Assembly (NCBI GenBank): GCA_963712115.1
Contig: CAVQGX010000051.1
Coordinates: 1 to 32,942, forward strand
Reading direction: 5' to 3'
Origin: an uncultured delta proteobacterium
Lineage (GTDB): Bacteria > Desulfobacterota > Syntrophobacteria > BM002
Length of the DNA stretch: 32,942 nt
Made by a program: the position numbers and the translations under genes. The stretch's first letter is position 1. The number at the start of each line of letters is the position of its first letter. The notes under the pieces were generated by a model. The model was not told the DNA's origin. It worked only from the letters and a program-made list of their open reading frames with translations, and did not search any database. Of this stretch, positions 1 through 8,382 are shown piece after piece.

Positions 1-83
1 GACTTGACCCCTTTGGAACAAGACAGGATGGCGTCAGACCAATCTCTGCATAATACTTCATGGCGCCTGAATGGATGGGTGCC

Positions 84-830
84 TTACTTCTTGCCCCCGC
101 CAAGTGTTTCGTCGCTGTAGCCCCAGCCTTTACAGGAAGGTACGTCAATCAGGATAAACTCCGCACCGTGCTCGGCAGCGAGCACCAAGGGCTCTTCAAC
201 GTCGACACGGGCTTGATCCGCCTCACCAATTTGCTGGCCGTTGACCGACAAAAACCCCTTGGTAAGATAAATAAAGACACGGCGTCCCTTGGTGTGGTCG
301 AAGTTGATCTTACGTACTGCATCAAGATCACAACGGTAGATGGTGGCATCTGTTTGGAATGTCACGACATTCTGTAGATTTTGACCGGAGGCTACCGGAA
401 GAAGTCTGTTCTTCCATTCGGACGGATCATAGGCCCGTTGGTCGTAGGTGGGTTCGAGCCCCGACTCGTCCGGGTAGATCCAGATTTGGTAGAAGTGGAC
501 GGGTGTGTCAGCGAGGTTAAATTCCGAGTGGGTAAGACCGGTGCCGGCCGACATTCTCTGAACGTCCCCTGTCTTGATGACCGTCTTGTTTCCCATACTG
601 TCCTCATGGGTCATCTCGCCATCGAGAACAATGGTTATGATTTCCATTTCCTCATGGGGATGGGTGGGAAATCCGGTTCCTGGTTCGACCACATCATCGT
701 TGAATACCCGCAGTGCTCCGAACTGGATGTTGTGAGGGTCGAAGTATCTGGAAAAAGAGAATAGCCAGTAGGTCTTCAACCAACCAAAATCGGAGAAGTG
801 GCGGTCTTGCGCTTTGATTACATCTATCAT
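84..830 (-). CDS. Pirin family protein (YhhW-like bicupin)
   Basis: GWLKTYWLFSFSRYFDP, LRVFNDD, GFPTHPHEEMEIIT and MSAGTGLTHSEFN motifs with the His/His/His/Glu metal ligands. Confidence 0.93.
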   Translation of the reverse strand: MIDVIKAQDRHFSDFGWLKTYWLFSFSRYFDPHNIQFGALRVFNDDVVEPGTGFPTHPHEEMEIITIVLDGEMTHEDSMGNKTVIKTGDVQRMSAGTGLTHSEFNLADTPVHFYQIWIYPDESGLEPTYDQRAYDPSEWKNRLLPVASGQNLQNVVTFQTDATIYRCDLDAVRKINFDHTKGRRVFIYLTKGFLSVNGQQIGEADQARVDVEEPLVLAAEHGAEFILIDVPSCKGWGYSDETLGGGKK

Positions 831-848
831 CTACTTAATCCTTTTATA

Positions 849-1601
849 CTATTTCTCTCGCTGGATCTTGAGTTCCCGGAAGTAGTCTGCCGCCTTTATA
901 AAGAGTTTTTTCCAAGTTGCCCAGTCATGTCCGCCGGACACAGTGAAAACTTGTTCTGGTAGCAAGACGTCAGCTAAAATCCGGCACTGGTCGACGAATA
1001 TATCTTCGGTTCCAAACCCTAAGACTACCTTCCTTTGATTACTTGGATTTGAAAGATAAACCTTCAAAGACTTCCACAGATTACATGCGTGCGCCCATGC
1101 GAGAAAAGGACAATCTTCCCAGGTATCAAGACCACCTGCCTGGTCAATTGCCTCGCTTGCTGTGTCCCCGCTTATAAAAGGCGCAAGAATAACTATACCA
1201 TCAACATCTTCTGGATACTTGGTTGCGTAAAGCAGGGCGCCGTGTCCACCCAGAGATATGCCGACAAGGTAGATTTCCTTAAATCCCTCAGTTTTGGCAG
1301 GCTCGATTACCTCGGTTTTCAAAAGCTCGACAATTCTGTTCCCCATATAAAGAGATGGATTAACGTCAACAACATCCATGCTAGCCTCAAATCCTCTTTC
1401 CCACACTTCGTCTAGAAATCCTTGGGTCTCATAATGAGATCCTTTACCGCCCATCGTGGGTAAAAGCACAACGAGCGAGCGCTTTCCAGTCATGCCTGCA
1501 TAGCGCACTGAAGGCAGTGCTTTTTTGCCCCGGGATCCAGAGCATCCTGGAGATACGACTACAATGCTTGCTATGGCACAGAGCAGAATTACCCTTTTGA
1601 T
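849..1601 (-). CDS. Alpha/beta hydrolase, probable lipoprotein (start extended to an ATC codon)
   Basis: GISLGG nucleophile elbow, GTED acid, GGHDW His. The frame is open upstream of the listed GTG (1508) through a signal peptide KRVILLCAIASIVVVSPG-C to ATC at 1599-1601, with AGGAG 6 nt upstream. Confidence 0.8.
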   Translation of the reverse strand: MKRVILLCAIASIVVVSPGCSGSRGKKALPSVRYAGMTGKRSLVVLLPTMGGKGSHYETQGFLDEVWERGFEASMDVVDVNPSLYMGNRIVELLKTEVIEPAKTEGFKEIYLVGISLGGHGALLYATKYPEDVDGIVILAPFISGDTASEAIDQAGGLDTWEDCPFLAWAHACNLWKSLKVYLSNPSNQRKVVLGFGTEDIFVDQCRILADVLLPEQVFTVSGGHDWATWKKLFIKAADYFRELKIQREK

Positions 1602-1796
1602 GGTCGTCTCCTAGAGAAACTTTCCATTGTCACTCTTATCTACTGACTTGGTCCGACCAGCGAACCCAAGACCCCGACTAAGGCTAACTACTATCATCCA
1701 CTGGGACGGGAGGATTAGTCACTGGCCGGGAGATTACCGGAGGATGGGTAATAAAACAACCCATTTGTACAATGCGAGATGCGAAATGTGAAATGT

Positions 1797-3950
1797 TTAG
1801 GTTTGAATTTTATCCAAGGCAAGATCTAACTCGGTGGGTGTGCGCCAGCGCTTTTTGGGATCCTTGTGCAGACATTTTAGGACGGCTTCATCCAATTTGG
1901 CAGGAATAGTGGAAATATGCACCCGTGGGGGGACAGGATACTGCTCGTTGTGCTGTTTTTTAAAGTCCTCCGGTGATGGTCCTTCAAAAGGCACCTTGCC
2001 TGTAAGGGCTCGATAAAAAACCAGGCCGAAGGAATAGAGATCAGCGGCCTGCTTCATTTTTTCCGGCATGCGGCTAGGCGCACGGTTGAACAATTCAGGT
2101 GCCATATAGGTGAGTTCGTAAGCGGAGAGTTCCTTGTAGTCCAGAGTAAAACCCAGCTCGCTAGCCAATTTCGAAATGAGGCCAAAATCTGCAATCTTGG
2201 CCCTGATCAACTCACCCCTGATCAGGACCCGTTTCGGATTTAAGCCGAGGTGAAATATCTTTCTCAGGGTATCGTCAGCACCCCTATGCGAATGGGCATA
2301 GGCTAAACCGTTGAGAAGGGCTCTGGCCAAACGGACCGCCTCTTTTATGGACAAGTTGGTTTTCTTTTTGAGTAAGTCATCTAGGGTACTGTCAAAATCC
2401 TCTGTTATAAGATAATAGTGACCCTCCCACTCGGCCAGGTCTAGGACCCGAGTTATGTTACGGTTTTCCATATTCACTTGTTCGTAACCCCATTTAACCA
2501 TGAAACCCTTAGCGGTGATTTCCCCTGATAGGGCGGGCGAAAGAGACTTGGCAACGCGAAGAGTCCCGCTTGGCACCTCTCTGACCTTGAAAAACTGATG
2601 GATCGTATCCTCGCCGATTTTCTCCTGAATCTGGTATTGGATCTTTTCGTCCACTTTGAGTCTGAGTAGGGCCTTACCTCTGGAGAGAAGAGGATCTTGG
2701 GTCTGGGTATCAACTTTGGCCCGAATAGCCTCATGGGTGGGATCAATCGCTTCAGCCCGCTGGAAGTAGGATCGTGCCTGGTCATATAGGCTTTTCTTTT
2801 CACATGCCTTTCCGAGCAGTATATAGTAGTTTAGAATTTCGGGTCCGGGATCAAGGGACTCCACCCAGGGAACGGCGTCTTCAAGGAGCTCCAAAATGCG
2901 GTCATAGTCCTGTCGTTCCAACAGAGCCTCGCCCAGCTCGCTAAGGGCGGTTATCTTGTAAGGGGTGTCCTCCAGCATTACTTCTAAATATTCGTTGGCT
3001 GCCCTGTCGAATTGACCGGCGCGAAGAAGGAGGCGGGCGAACTTTAGCCGGGTGTCAACTCCGGCCCCCCCATTGTCAAGCATTTGGCTGTAAATAGTGG
3101 TTACCTGCTCAATTGCCTCTTTGTTTCCTGGATCTTTCTCTAATATTTGCTCATAAAAGGGCATCACCTCAGCAAGAGAAGCCTGTTTTTCCTTTTCCAT
3201 TTGCCGGAGAGTTTTGACGGCTTTGGAAAACTGCTTATTTTTCAGGTGCAGCTTGACCATATTGAAATAATAGCGATCACCCTCCTTTGCCAAAGTCTTG
3301 ACCTTATTGGCTGCAGTTAAATGCTTGGGATCCAGCTCGGCCAGCTTCTGATATAGTTGCAAGGCTTCTTCCTTGTCCCCAGCCGTTTCAAAGCCCACCG
3401 CCAGCTGACCAAGCACCAGATTCCTGTCAGTCTCGCTCAAATCCTTGCGCTTGTAAGCCTCTTTGAGCACCTGAATACCTTCCCCATGCTGCCCCAGTTG
3501 GATATAAGCCTTGCCAATCTGGAGACAGCATTCAGTGGGTTGGAACCCTAATTCGGCAGCCCGCTGAAACTCCTGAATTGCATCGGTAAACATCCCTATG
3601 TCCAAAAAAGCTTGTCCCCGATTGAAAGCAGCGTTCCCTGCGCCTTTTTGAGGAGCAACGACCTCCTCTACTGGGGCCTCTGGGGCGCGACCGTGAAATT
3701 CAGCCTCCTGACGGTCAATAGTGGCTAGCTGTTCCTGAATGAATGCGCGCTGACTCTTGTAGGATTTAAGCTGGGCAGGATCGGCAGCACTTTGTTCTGC
3801 GAGGGATGCGAGCTCGTTTAAGAGCTGTTGGTAAACCTGACGGGCTTCCTCAAAAAGACCTTGGGTGAGGTAGAGTTCAGCCTCGTTGATCTTCTCTTGG
3901 ATCTCTGGAAACTCATTGGCGCTGGAATTGTTACTGATATTTGCTTGCAT
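1797..3950 (-). CDS. TPR-repeat protein with C-terminal Ser/Thr protein kinase-like domain (probable pseudokinase)
   Basis: TPR-like helices over about aa 15-410. The kinase fold keeps VAK, ADFG, YMAPE, DLYSFG and GKVPF, but the catalytic loop reads HLGLNPKR. Confidence 0.88.
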   Translation of the reverse strand: MQANISNNSSANEFPEIQEKINEAELYLTQGLFEEARQVYQQLLNELASLAEQSAADPAQLKSYKSQRAFIQEQLATIDRQEAEFHGRAPEAPVEEVVAPQKGAGNAAFNRGQAFLDIGMFTDAIQEFQRAAELGFQPTECCLQIGKAYIQLGQHGEGIQVLKEAYKRKDLSETDRNLVLGQLAVGFETAGDKEEALQLYQKLAELDPKHLTAANKVKTLAKEGDRYYFNMVKLHLKNKQFSKAVKTLRQMEKEKQASLAEVMPFYEQILEKDPGNKEAIEQVTTIYSQMLDNGGAGVDTRLKFARLLLRAGQFDRAANEYLEVMLEDTPYKITALSELGEALLERQDYDRILELLEDAVPWVESLDPGPEILNYYILLGKACEKKSLYDQARSYFQRAEAIDPTHEAIRAKVDTQTQDPLLSRGKALLRLKVDEKIQYQIQEKIGEDTIHQFFKVREVPSGTLRVAKSLSPALSGEITAKGFMVKWGYEQVNMENRNITRVLDLAEWEGHYYLITEDFDSTLDDLLKKKTNLSIKEAVRLARALLNGLAYAHSHRGADDTLRKIFHLGLNPKRVLIRGELIRAKIADFGLISKLASELGFTLDYKELSAYELTYMAPELFNRAPSRMPEKMKQAADLYSFGLVFYRALTGKVPFEGPSPEDFKKQHNEQYPVPPRVHISTIPAKLDEAVLKCLHKDPKKRWRTPTELDLALDKIQT

Positions 3951-4019
3951 GGTCAGAGAGGACCCCGGGCAACAAATTTCCTAACACGAGAAGAGGTTGT
4001 TCATTAATTCGGCGGCGGC

Positions 4020-6290
4020 TCAAGACATTACGTAGTCCGGATCAATAACCTTGATCTCAAAGTCTCCTTCGATAGTGGCCGTGCCACTCACCTCTCCTGG
4101 TAGTCCAGCTTTCTGATAGCCCTTGACGTCATAGGGCGTCCTTTGCATAACTTCATCAGTTAGCAAGGCACCGTGGCGCTGACCGGTGCTGAGAAGGACT
4201 ATACCTCTGACTGGGGCTACTGCCTCGGTGTCATCGCTGCCAAGAATCTCCGGACTCAGACCGACAAGGGGGAACTGTATCTTCTTAAGCTCTTTGGGTT
4301 TTAAATCCGCAAGGGGACCGGTAATTCCCCGCTTGATACTGCGAAAAGCCCCCTTGAAATCCGTCAGTCTGACGTAACCTCTCTTGCGGATAGCCTTTGC
4401 TTTGCCCTTGGAAAGCTTGAAGACATTGGCGACTGCCTCCGTGGGCACTCCCAGTGTATTGTTGGCCACATCAGCTAAATATATGGTGGCCAGGGTGGTC
4501 GGTCTCGCACGCAGGGTCTCAGAAGGAATCTCCTCGACCAGGTCCAGTACCGGTTCTGAATCCAGAGATTCCATAAGGTCATCGGACTCAAAAGAAAACT
4601 CCTCCGTTTCCACTCGAGCATCCTTAAAGGCTATACCCTCGTAGCTCGCCGCTGGGGCCCCGGCCTCGCCGCTGAAACTCCGCTGCAATTTGGAAGTAGC
4701 CTGGCTTATGTTCTCAATGGCATTCTGTATTGTCTTGACCTGAGAACTTATTGCAGCCTGGGCATGGGGCGCAACAGTCTCCACCTGTTGCTGGCCAAGG
4801 TTTTGCTCAAGTTTGGCCAATGTTTTAACCAAATTTTCAGATAACTCCTGAGCCTCCGAAAGTGTGGCTTCCACATTATCGTGGGCAGAGCCAAAATAGT
4901 TCTCTAGTTTCGCCAGAGCAGGCTTGCCAGACATGGCTTTAAGAATACGGCCAAAAAAGTCTCCAGTGTCCTGAGTGAGAGTAGCCACGGCGCTAGCTAG
5001 CCGGCCACTCTGGTCTTTTGCTTCCTGGACGAGATTTTGCAGAGATGGTGCAATTTCTCCCGCCGGAACCCCGGGTACGGTAACAATTTCCTCGGGCTCC
5101 ACCATGGGCTCCAGAGCCGGTTCCTCCTCTGGAAGTTCCTCCAGCCCCAATTCTTCGCCCAATAATTCTTCCACATCCGGTTCTTCCTCGAGAAGGGGGG
5201 CAAAAGGAAGTTCTTCTTCGGCCACTTCCTCAGTGACAGGTTCTTCCTCAAACAAATCTTCGAATGAGGGCTCATCATCGAGGTCGGGCGGCAGAATGGG
5301 CTCTTCTGCGAGGTCCGCCGCCAAGGTCGGTTCTTCTGGCGCAGCTTCCTCCAAGGTCAACTCTTCAGCAGTTATTGCTTCCAGAGTTGGCTCTTCTTCA
5401 GCTGCTTCTTCCAGAATAGGCTCCTCTTCGAGGTCTGCCATAAAATCCAGTTCGTCCGGAGATACTTCTTCTACGACGGGTTCCTCTCCCACCAGTTCTT
5501 CCATTAGTGGTTCTTCTTCGAAAGGAGCAGCCGCTATCTCCGTCTCTGGTAGGACCTCCTCCAAAATAGGCTCGTCTTCAATGATCTCTTCAAAGACCGG
5601 TGCTTCTTCGGCCAAGTCTTCAAGCTCGGGCTCCTCCGCGGTGATTTCCTCTAAAATCGGCTCCTCAGTTGGCTCTGCCTCAACGGTCGGTTCAACTGCT
5701 GGGGGTTCCTCCACCGCTAGGGGAGCTTCCCGGGGTTTCATCCGCTGGATTTCTGCCTTCACTCGCCTGAACTGGCCGAGTAATTTGTCCATTACTTCGC
5801 TGCGCTCAGAGTCTGAGGGTGCGGGCTCTCGCAAAAAAATATCAAGACCTCGTATGGCTCCGTGCAAAAACTGAATTGAAATGGGTGCGGCTGATTCCTT
5901 TGCCGCGCGCAGGTATTGGAGAACTCCCAAAGCCATTTTGATAACTGCCATTATGTGACGGTCGTCACTCAGCTTGCCGCTTACAAGCTGAAGCTCTTTT
6001 TCAAAGGCTTTGATGGACTCTGGGGTGATTTCCCAATCTAGGGTAAGAAGGCTCTCTTTCAGGTCAGCCAAAGGATCATCTGCGAGATCGGTTGGCTCCG
6101 CTAGAGCAGGTTCTTCCGCTGGTTCATCCTTCGGCTCTTCTGCTGGTTTTGTGGCGGGCTCTTCAGGTTTGGCAAGAGATGGCTCTTTTGCTTCACCCTT
6201 TTTTACGAAGAGTTCATCGATTGCCTTATCAATATCCGCCTCAAGTTCGCTTGCATCGACTCCAGCCAAGGGGTCGTCGGTTAAATCCAT
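4020..6290 (-). CDS. Large acidic Glu/Pro-repeat protein with C-terminal CheW-like domain
   Basis: 756-aa ORF with GGAGG SD and about 10-aa EEPxLEE repeats in the middle. The C-terminus has LGVPTEAVANV, GALLTDEV and VSGTATIEGDFEIKVIDP, resembling CheW/CheA-P5. Confidence 0.75.
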   Translation of the reverse strand: MDLTDDPLAGVDASELEADIDKAIDELFVKKGEAKEPSLAKPEEPATKPAEEPKDEPAEEPALAEPTDLADDPLADLKESLLTLDWEITPESIKAFEKELQLVSGKLSDDRHIMAVIKMALGVLQYLRAAKESAAPISIQFLHGAIRGLDIFLREPAPSDSERSEVMDKLLGQFRRVKAEIQRMKPREAPLAVEEPPAVEPTVEAEPTEEPILEEITAEEPELEDLAEEAPVFEEIIEDEPILEEVLPETEIAAAPFEEEPLMEELVGEEPVVEEVSPDELDFMADLEEEPILEEAAEEEPTLEAITAEELTLEEAAPEEPTLAADLAEEPILPPDLDDEPSFEDLFEEEPVTEEVAEEELPFAPLLEEEPDVEELLGEELGLEELPEEEPALEPMVEPEEIVTVPGVPAGEIAPSLQNLVQEAKDQSGRLASAVATLTQDTGDFFGRILKAMSGKPALAKLENYFGSAHDNVEATLSEAQELSENLVKTLAKLEQNLGQQQVETVAPHAQAAISSQVKTIQNAIENISQATSKLQRSFSGEAGAPAASYEGIAFKDARVETEEFSFESDDLMESLDSEPVLDLVEEIPSETLRARPTTLATIYLADVANNTLGVPTEAVANVFKLSKGKAKAIRKRGYVRLTDFKGAFRSIKRGITGPLADLKPKELKKIQFPLVGLSPEILGSDDTEAVAPVRGIVLLSTGQRHGALLTDEVMQRTPYDVKGYQKAGLPGEVSGTATIEGDFEIKVIDPDYVMS

Positions 6291-6319
6291 GTGCCCCTCC
6301 TTCTGGCAAATGAGGGTTT

Positions 6320-6931
6320 TTAACGAGATAAAAGCTTGCGGCTTACATATTTGACCGTGCGCTTGCTGACCTCTCTCAGCGTTTCAAACACACCATCACC
6401 CTTTAATGCACTACCGCTGAACCAAGGTACCTGGAGTTCCGAGTTCAGGTCTTCTTCCATCTCCTCAACGGTGAGGATGGGAATATTGGAACCGCCAAGG
6501 TCCCTCTTATTAAACTGAAGAACGAGAGGGACTTGTTTGATATCTAAGCTGTCCTCGGCAAGATTCTGTCTCAGGTTTTCGAGACTCTCTATGTTCTTCT
6601 CTTTTTGAACTTTTAGAGAATCAGCCACGAAAACAACGCCATCTACGCCCTTGAGCACGAGTTTGCGGGTGGCATTGTACATGACTTGTCCAGGAACGGT
6701 ATAGAGCTGGATCTTAATGCTCAGTCCCTGAATTTTGCCGAGTGCCAAGGGTAGAAAGTCAAAAAACAGAGTGCGGTCACCCTTGGTATCGATGGTAACC
6801 ATCTTGCCACGAACAGCCTCGGTCATGGCCTGATGCAAGTAAAGTAGATTGGTGGTCTTACCCCCTCGCCCAGGCCCATAATAGACAATCTTGCATTGTA
6901 CTTCATTTTTGCTCAGATCAATAAAGGACAC
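6320..6931 (-). CDS. mglA: MglA family small Ras-like GTPase
   Basis: KIVYYGPGRGGKTTNL, DRTLFFDFLP, LYTVPGQVMYNATRKLVLKGVDGVVFVADS, NKRD. Confidence 0.95.
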   Translation of the reverse strand: MSFIDLSKNEVQCKIVYYGPGRGGKTTNLLYLHQAMTEAVRGKMVTIDTKGDRTLFFDFLPLALGKIQGLSIKIQLYTVPGQVMYNATRKLVLKGVDGVVFVADSLKVQKEKNIESLENLRQNLAEDSLDIKQVPLVLQFNKRDLGGSNIPILTVEEMEEDLNSELQVPWFSGSALKGDGVFETLREVSKRTVKYVSRKLLSR

Positions 6932-6933
6932 AG

Positions 6934-7329
6934 TTACTGCTCTCCGCCCAGAATAGGTATCAGAGTATCGGTGACTTTCGCGGTGTTCAATCTGATTAGT
7001 CCCAGGGAGACTTCCTTACCAAAAAGAGTAATGAGGATGAAGCCTTTTCCAACCTTGGTGAAATGGATGTTCTCATTCTTGCCTTTATGGAAGAGAAGGG
7101 CGAAGTCGTCTTCTCCAATTAGCTTGGCAATTTCGGCGGTGGCACCAAAATTGGCGGCGGAAAGTGCGGCCAGTGCCACAACGTCGAGATTGGCAGGATC
7201 GCCCCGATTGACAATAAGGTTGCCTGAGCGGTCAACCAAGAGAACGCAGTCAGCTCCACCCCGGAGAAGATCTTCATCGAGAACATTGATGATATTATCT
7301 ATAGCTTCTTTTGATAGGACGAGATCCAT
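6934..7329 (-). CDS. mglB: MglB roadblock/LC7 domain protein (GAP of MglA)
   Basis: LLVDRSGNLI, ALAALSAANFGATAEIAKLIGEDDF, SLGLIRL; ends 2 nt upstream of the mglA start. Confidence 0.92.
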   Translation of the reverse strand: MDLVLSKEAIDNIINVLDEDLLRGGADCVLLVDRSGNLIVNRGDPANLDVVALAALSAANFGATAEIAKLIGEDDFALLFHKGKNENIHFTKVGKGFILITLFGKEVSLGLIRLNTAKVTDTLIPILGGEQ

Positions 7330-7419
7330 ACCCCCCCCGCTTTCGCCAGCATCGTCTCAAATTGAATATGGGATTTGAGGCGTATGCTTTCAATTTCCCT
7401 ACTAAAATGGGTCAGAGAA

Positions 7420-7448
7420 TCTATAACAGCATTACTTTAAAAATGCAA
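7420..7448 (-). promoter_or_regulatory. Putative sigma70 promoter of the mglBA cluster
   Basis: Minus strand TTGCAT-N17-TATAGA with a TGn extended -10, about 90 nt upstream of mglB. Confidence 0.45.
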
Positions 7449-7515
7449 ATACTTTTTTCCAGTAATGTCGCATGCCTGCAGGAATCATGCCGCGTTGAAC
7501 TGGTCCATGGAACTA

Positions 7516-7833
7516 TCAATCCAACATGCGGCGGAGATCAATCAACTCCTGCTTGATTTCCTCTAAGGTCTGGTGGGGTGACGATGGGGCGGAGGCGGGT
7601 TGTAGCTTCTTGCGGGCACCAGCAATGGTGTATTTTTCCTGGTGAAGTAGTTTCTTAATGTGAAGGAGCATCTCTACATCTTTCCGCTTGTAGATGCGTT
7701 GTTTTGACTGGGCCCGTCGGGGTCGGACCAGGGAAAACTCCCGTTCCCAATAGCGGAGAACATGGGTAGGAACGCCGACAATTTGACTAACCTCGCCGAT
7801 TTTGAAAAAACGCTTATTGGGAATGGTATCCAT
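7516..7833 (-). CDS. MerR family HTH transcriptional regulator (pheT-linked type)
   Basis: IPNKRFFKIGEVSQIVGVPTHVLRYWEREF, QRIY, YTIAGARKKL. Confidence 0.92.
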   Translation of the reverse strand: MDTIPNKRFFKIGEVSQIVGVPTHVLRYWEREFSLVRPRRAQSKQRIYKRKDVEMLLHIKKLLHQEKYTIAGARKKLQPASAPSSPHQTLEEIKQELIDLRRMLD

Positions 7834-7954
7834 AATCTAATCGCCAAGGGGGATACTAACGATAAGCAGGTTAAAAACTAAAATTCAACAACCAATACTA
7901 AACAAATTGTGCATAGGGCGCAAGGCTCAAGACGATTAAAATAAAGTAGCCAAA

Positions 7955-8340
7955 AGTCAGAATCCAGAATTCAGGAGAAAAGCAAGCAAAAAATGCTGAG
8001 CAGCAGATGTGGGATGTGCGATATGTGATGTGAGATTCAACTTGTTTCTTGGAATTTTATATCCCACATCTCAGATCTCAAATCTCACATCCAATTTTAT
8101 TTTGTTTCGGATTTATCCGCAGTTGCGCGTTCCGAATTCCTCGTTCTTGCTCTTGGTGCCTAGTGTTTAGTGCCTAGTGCCTGGTTGAAACAGCTGCCTG
8201 GTGTCTTCTGTCCTCTGACTTCTGACCTCCGACCTCTGTCTGCCTGCTGCCAGTTGTCCGCTGCTAGCTGTAGCCTCGTCTCGCCCGACCTCACGTCTCG
8301 CCTAAAAAAGTGCCTACTGCCTAGTGCTTAGTGTCTAGTG
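7955..8340. repeat. Composite intergenic repeat region A (heptamer arrays, shares blocks with 16234-16554)
   Basis: GATGTGR and ATCYCAC inverted arrays (about 8006-8091), TCTGACY and TAGTGCY arrays. Block 7955-7991 is identical to 16234-16270; block 8277-8340 matches 16491-16554 with 2 mismatches. Confidence 0.9.
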
Positions 8341-8382
8341 CTTTTGCCAGTGCGTATTTTGCAACACCGACTAGAACAAACA

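Noticed and set aside
4975-5874. 299-aa Ser-rich ORF on the plus strand
   Set aside because: Antisense shadow of the Glu/Pro repeats (GAA/GAG codons read as Ser on the other strand); no independent evidence
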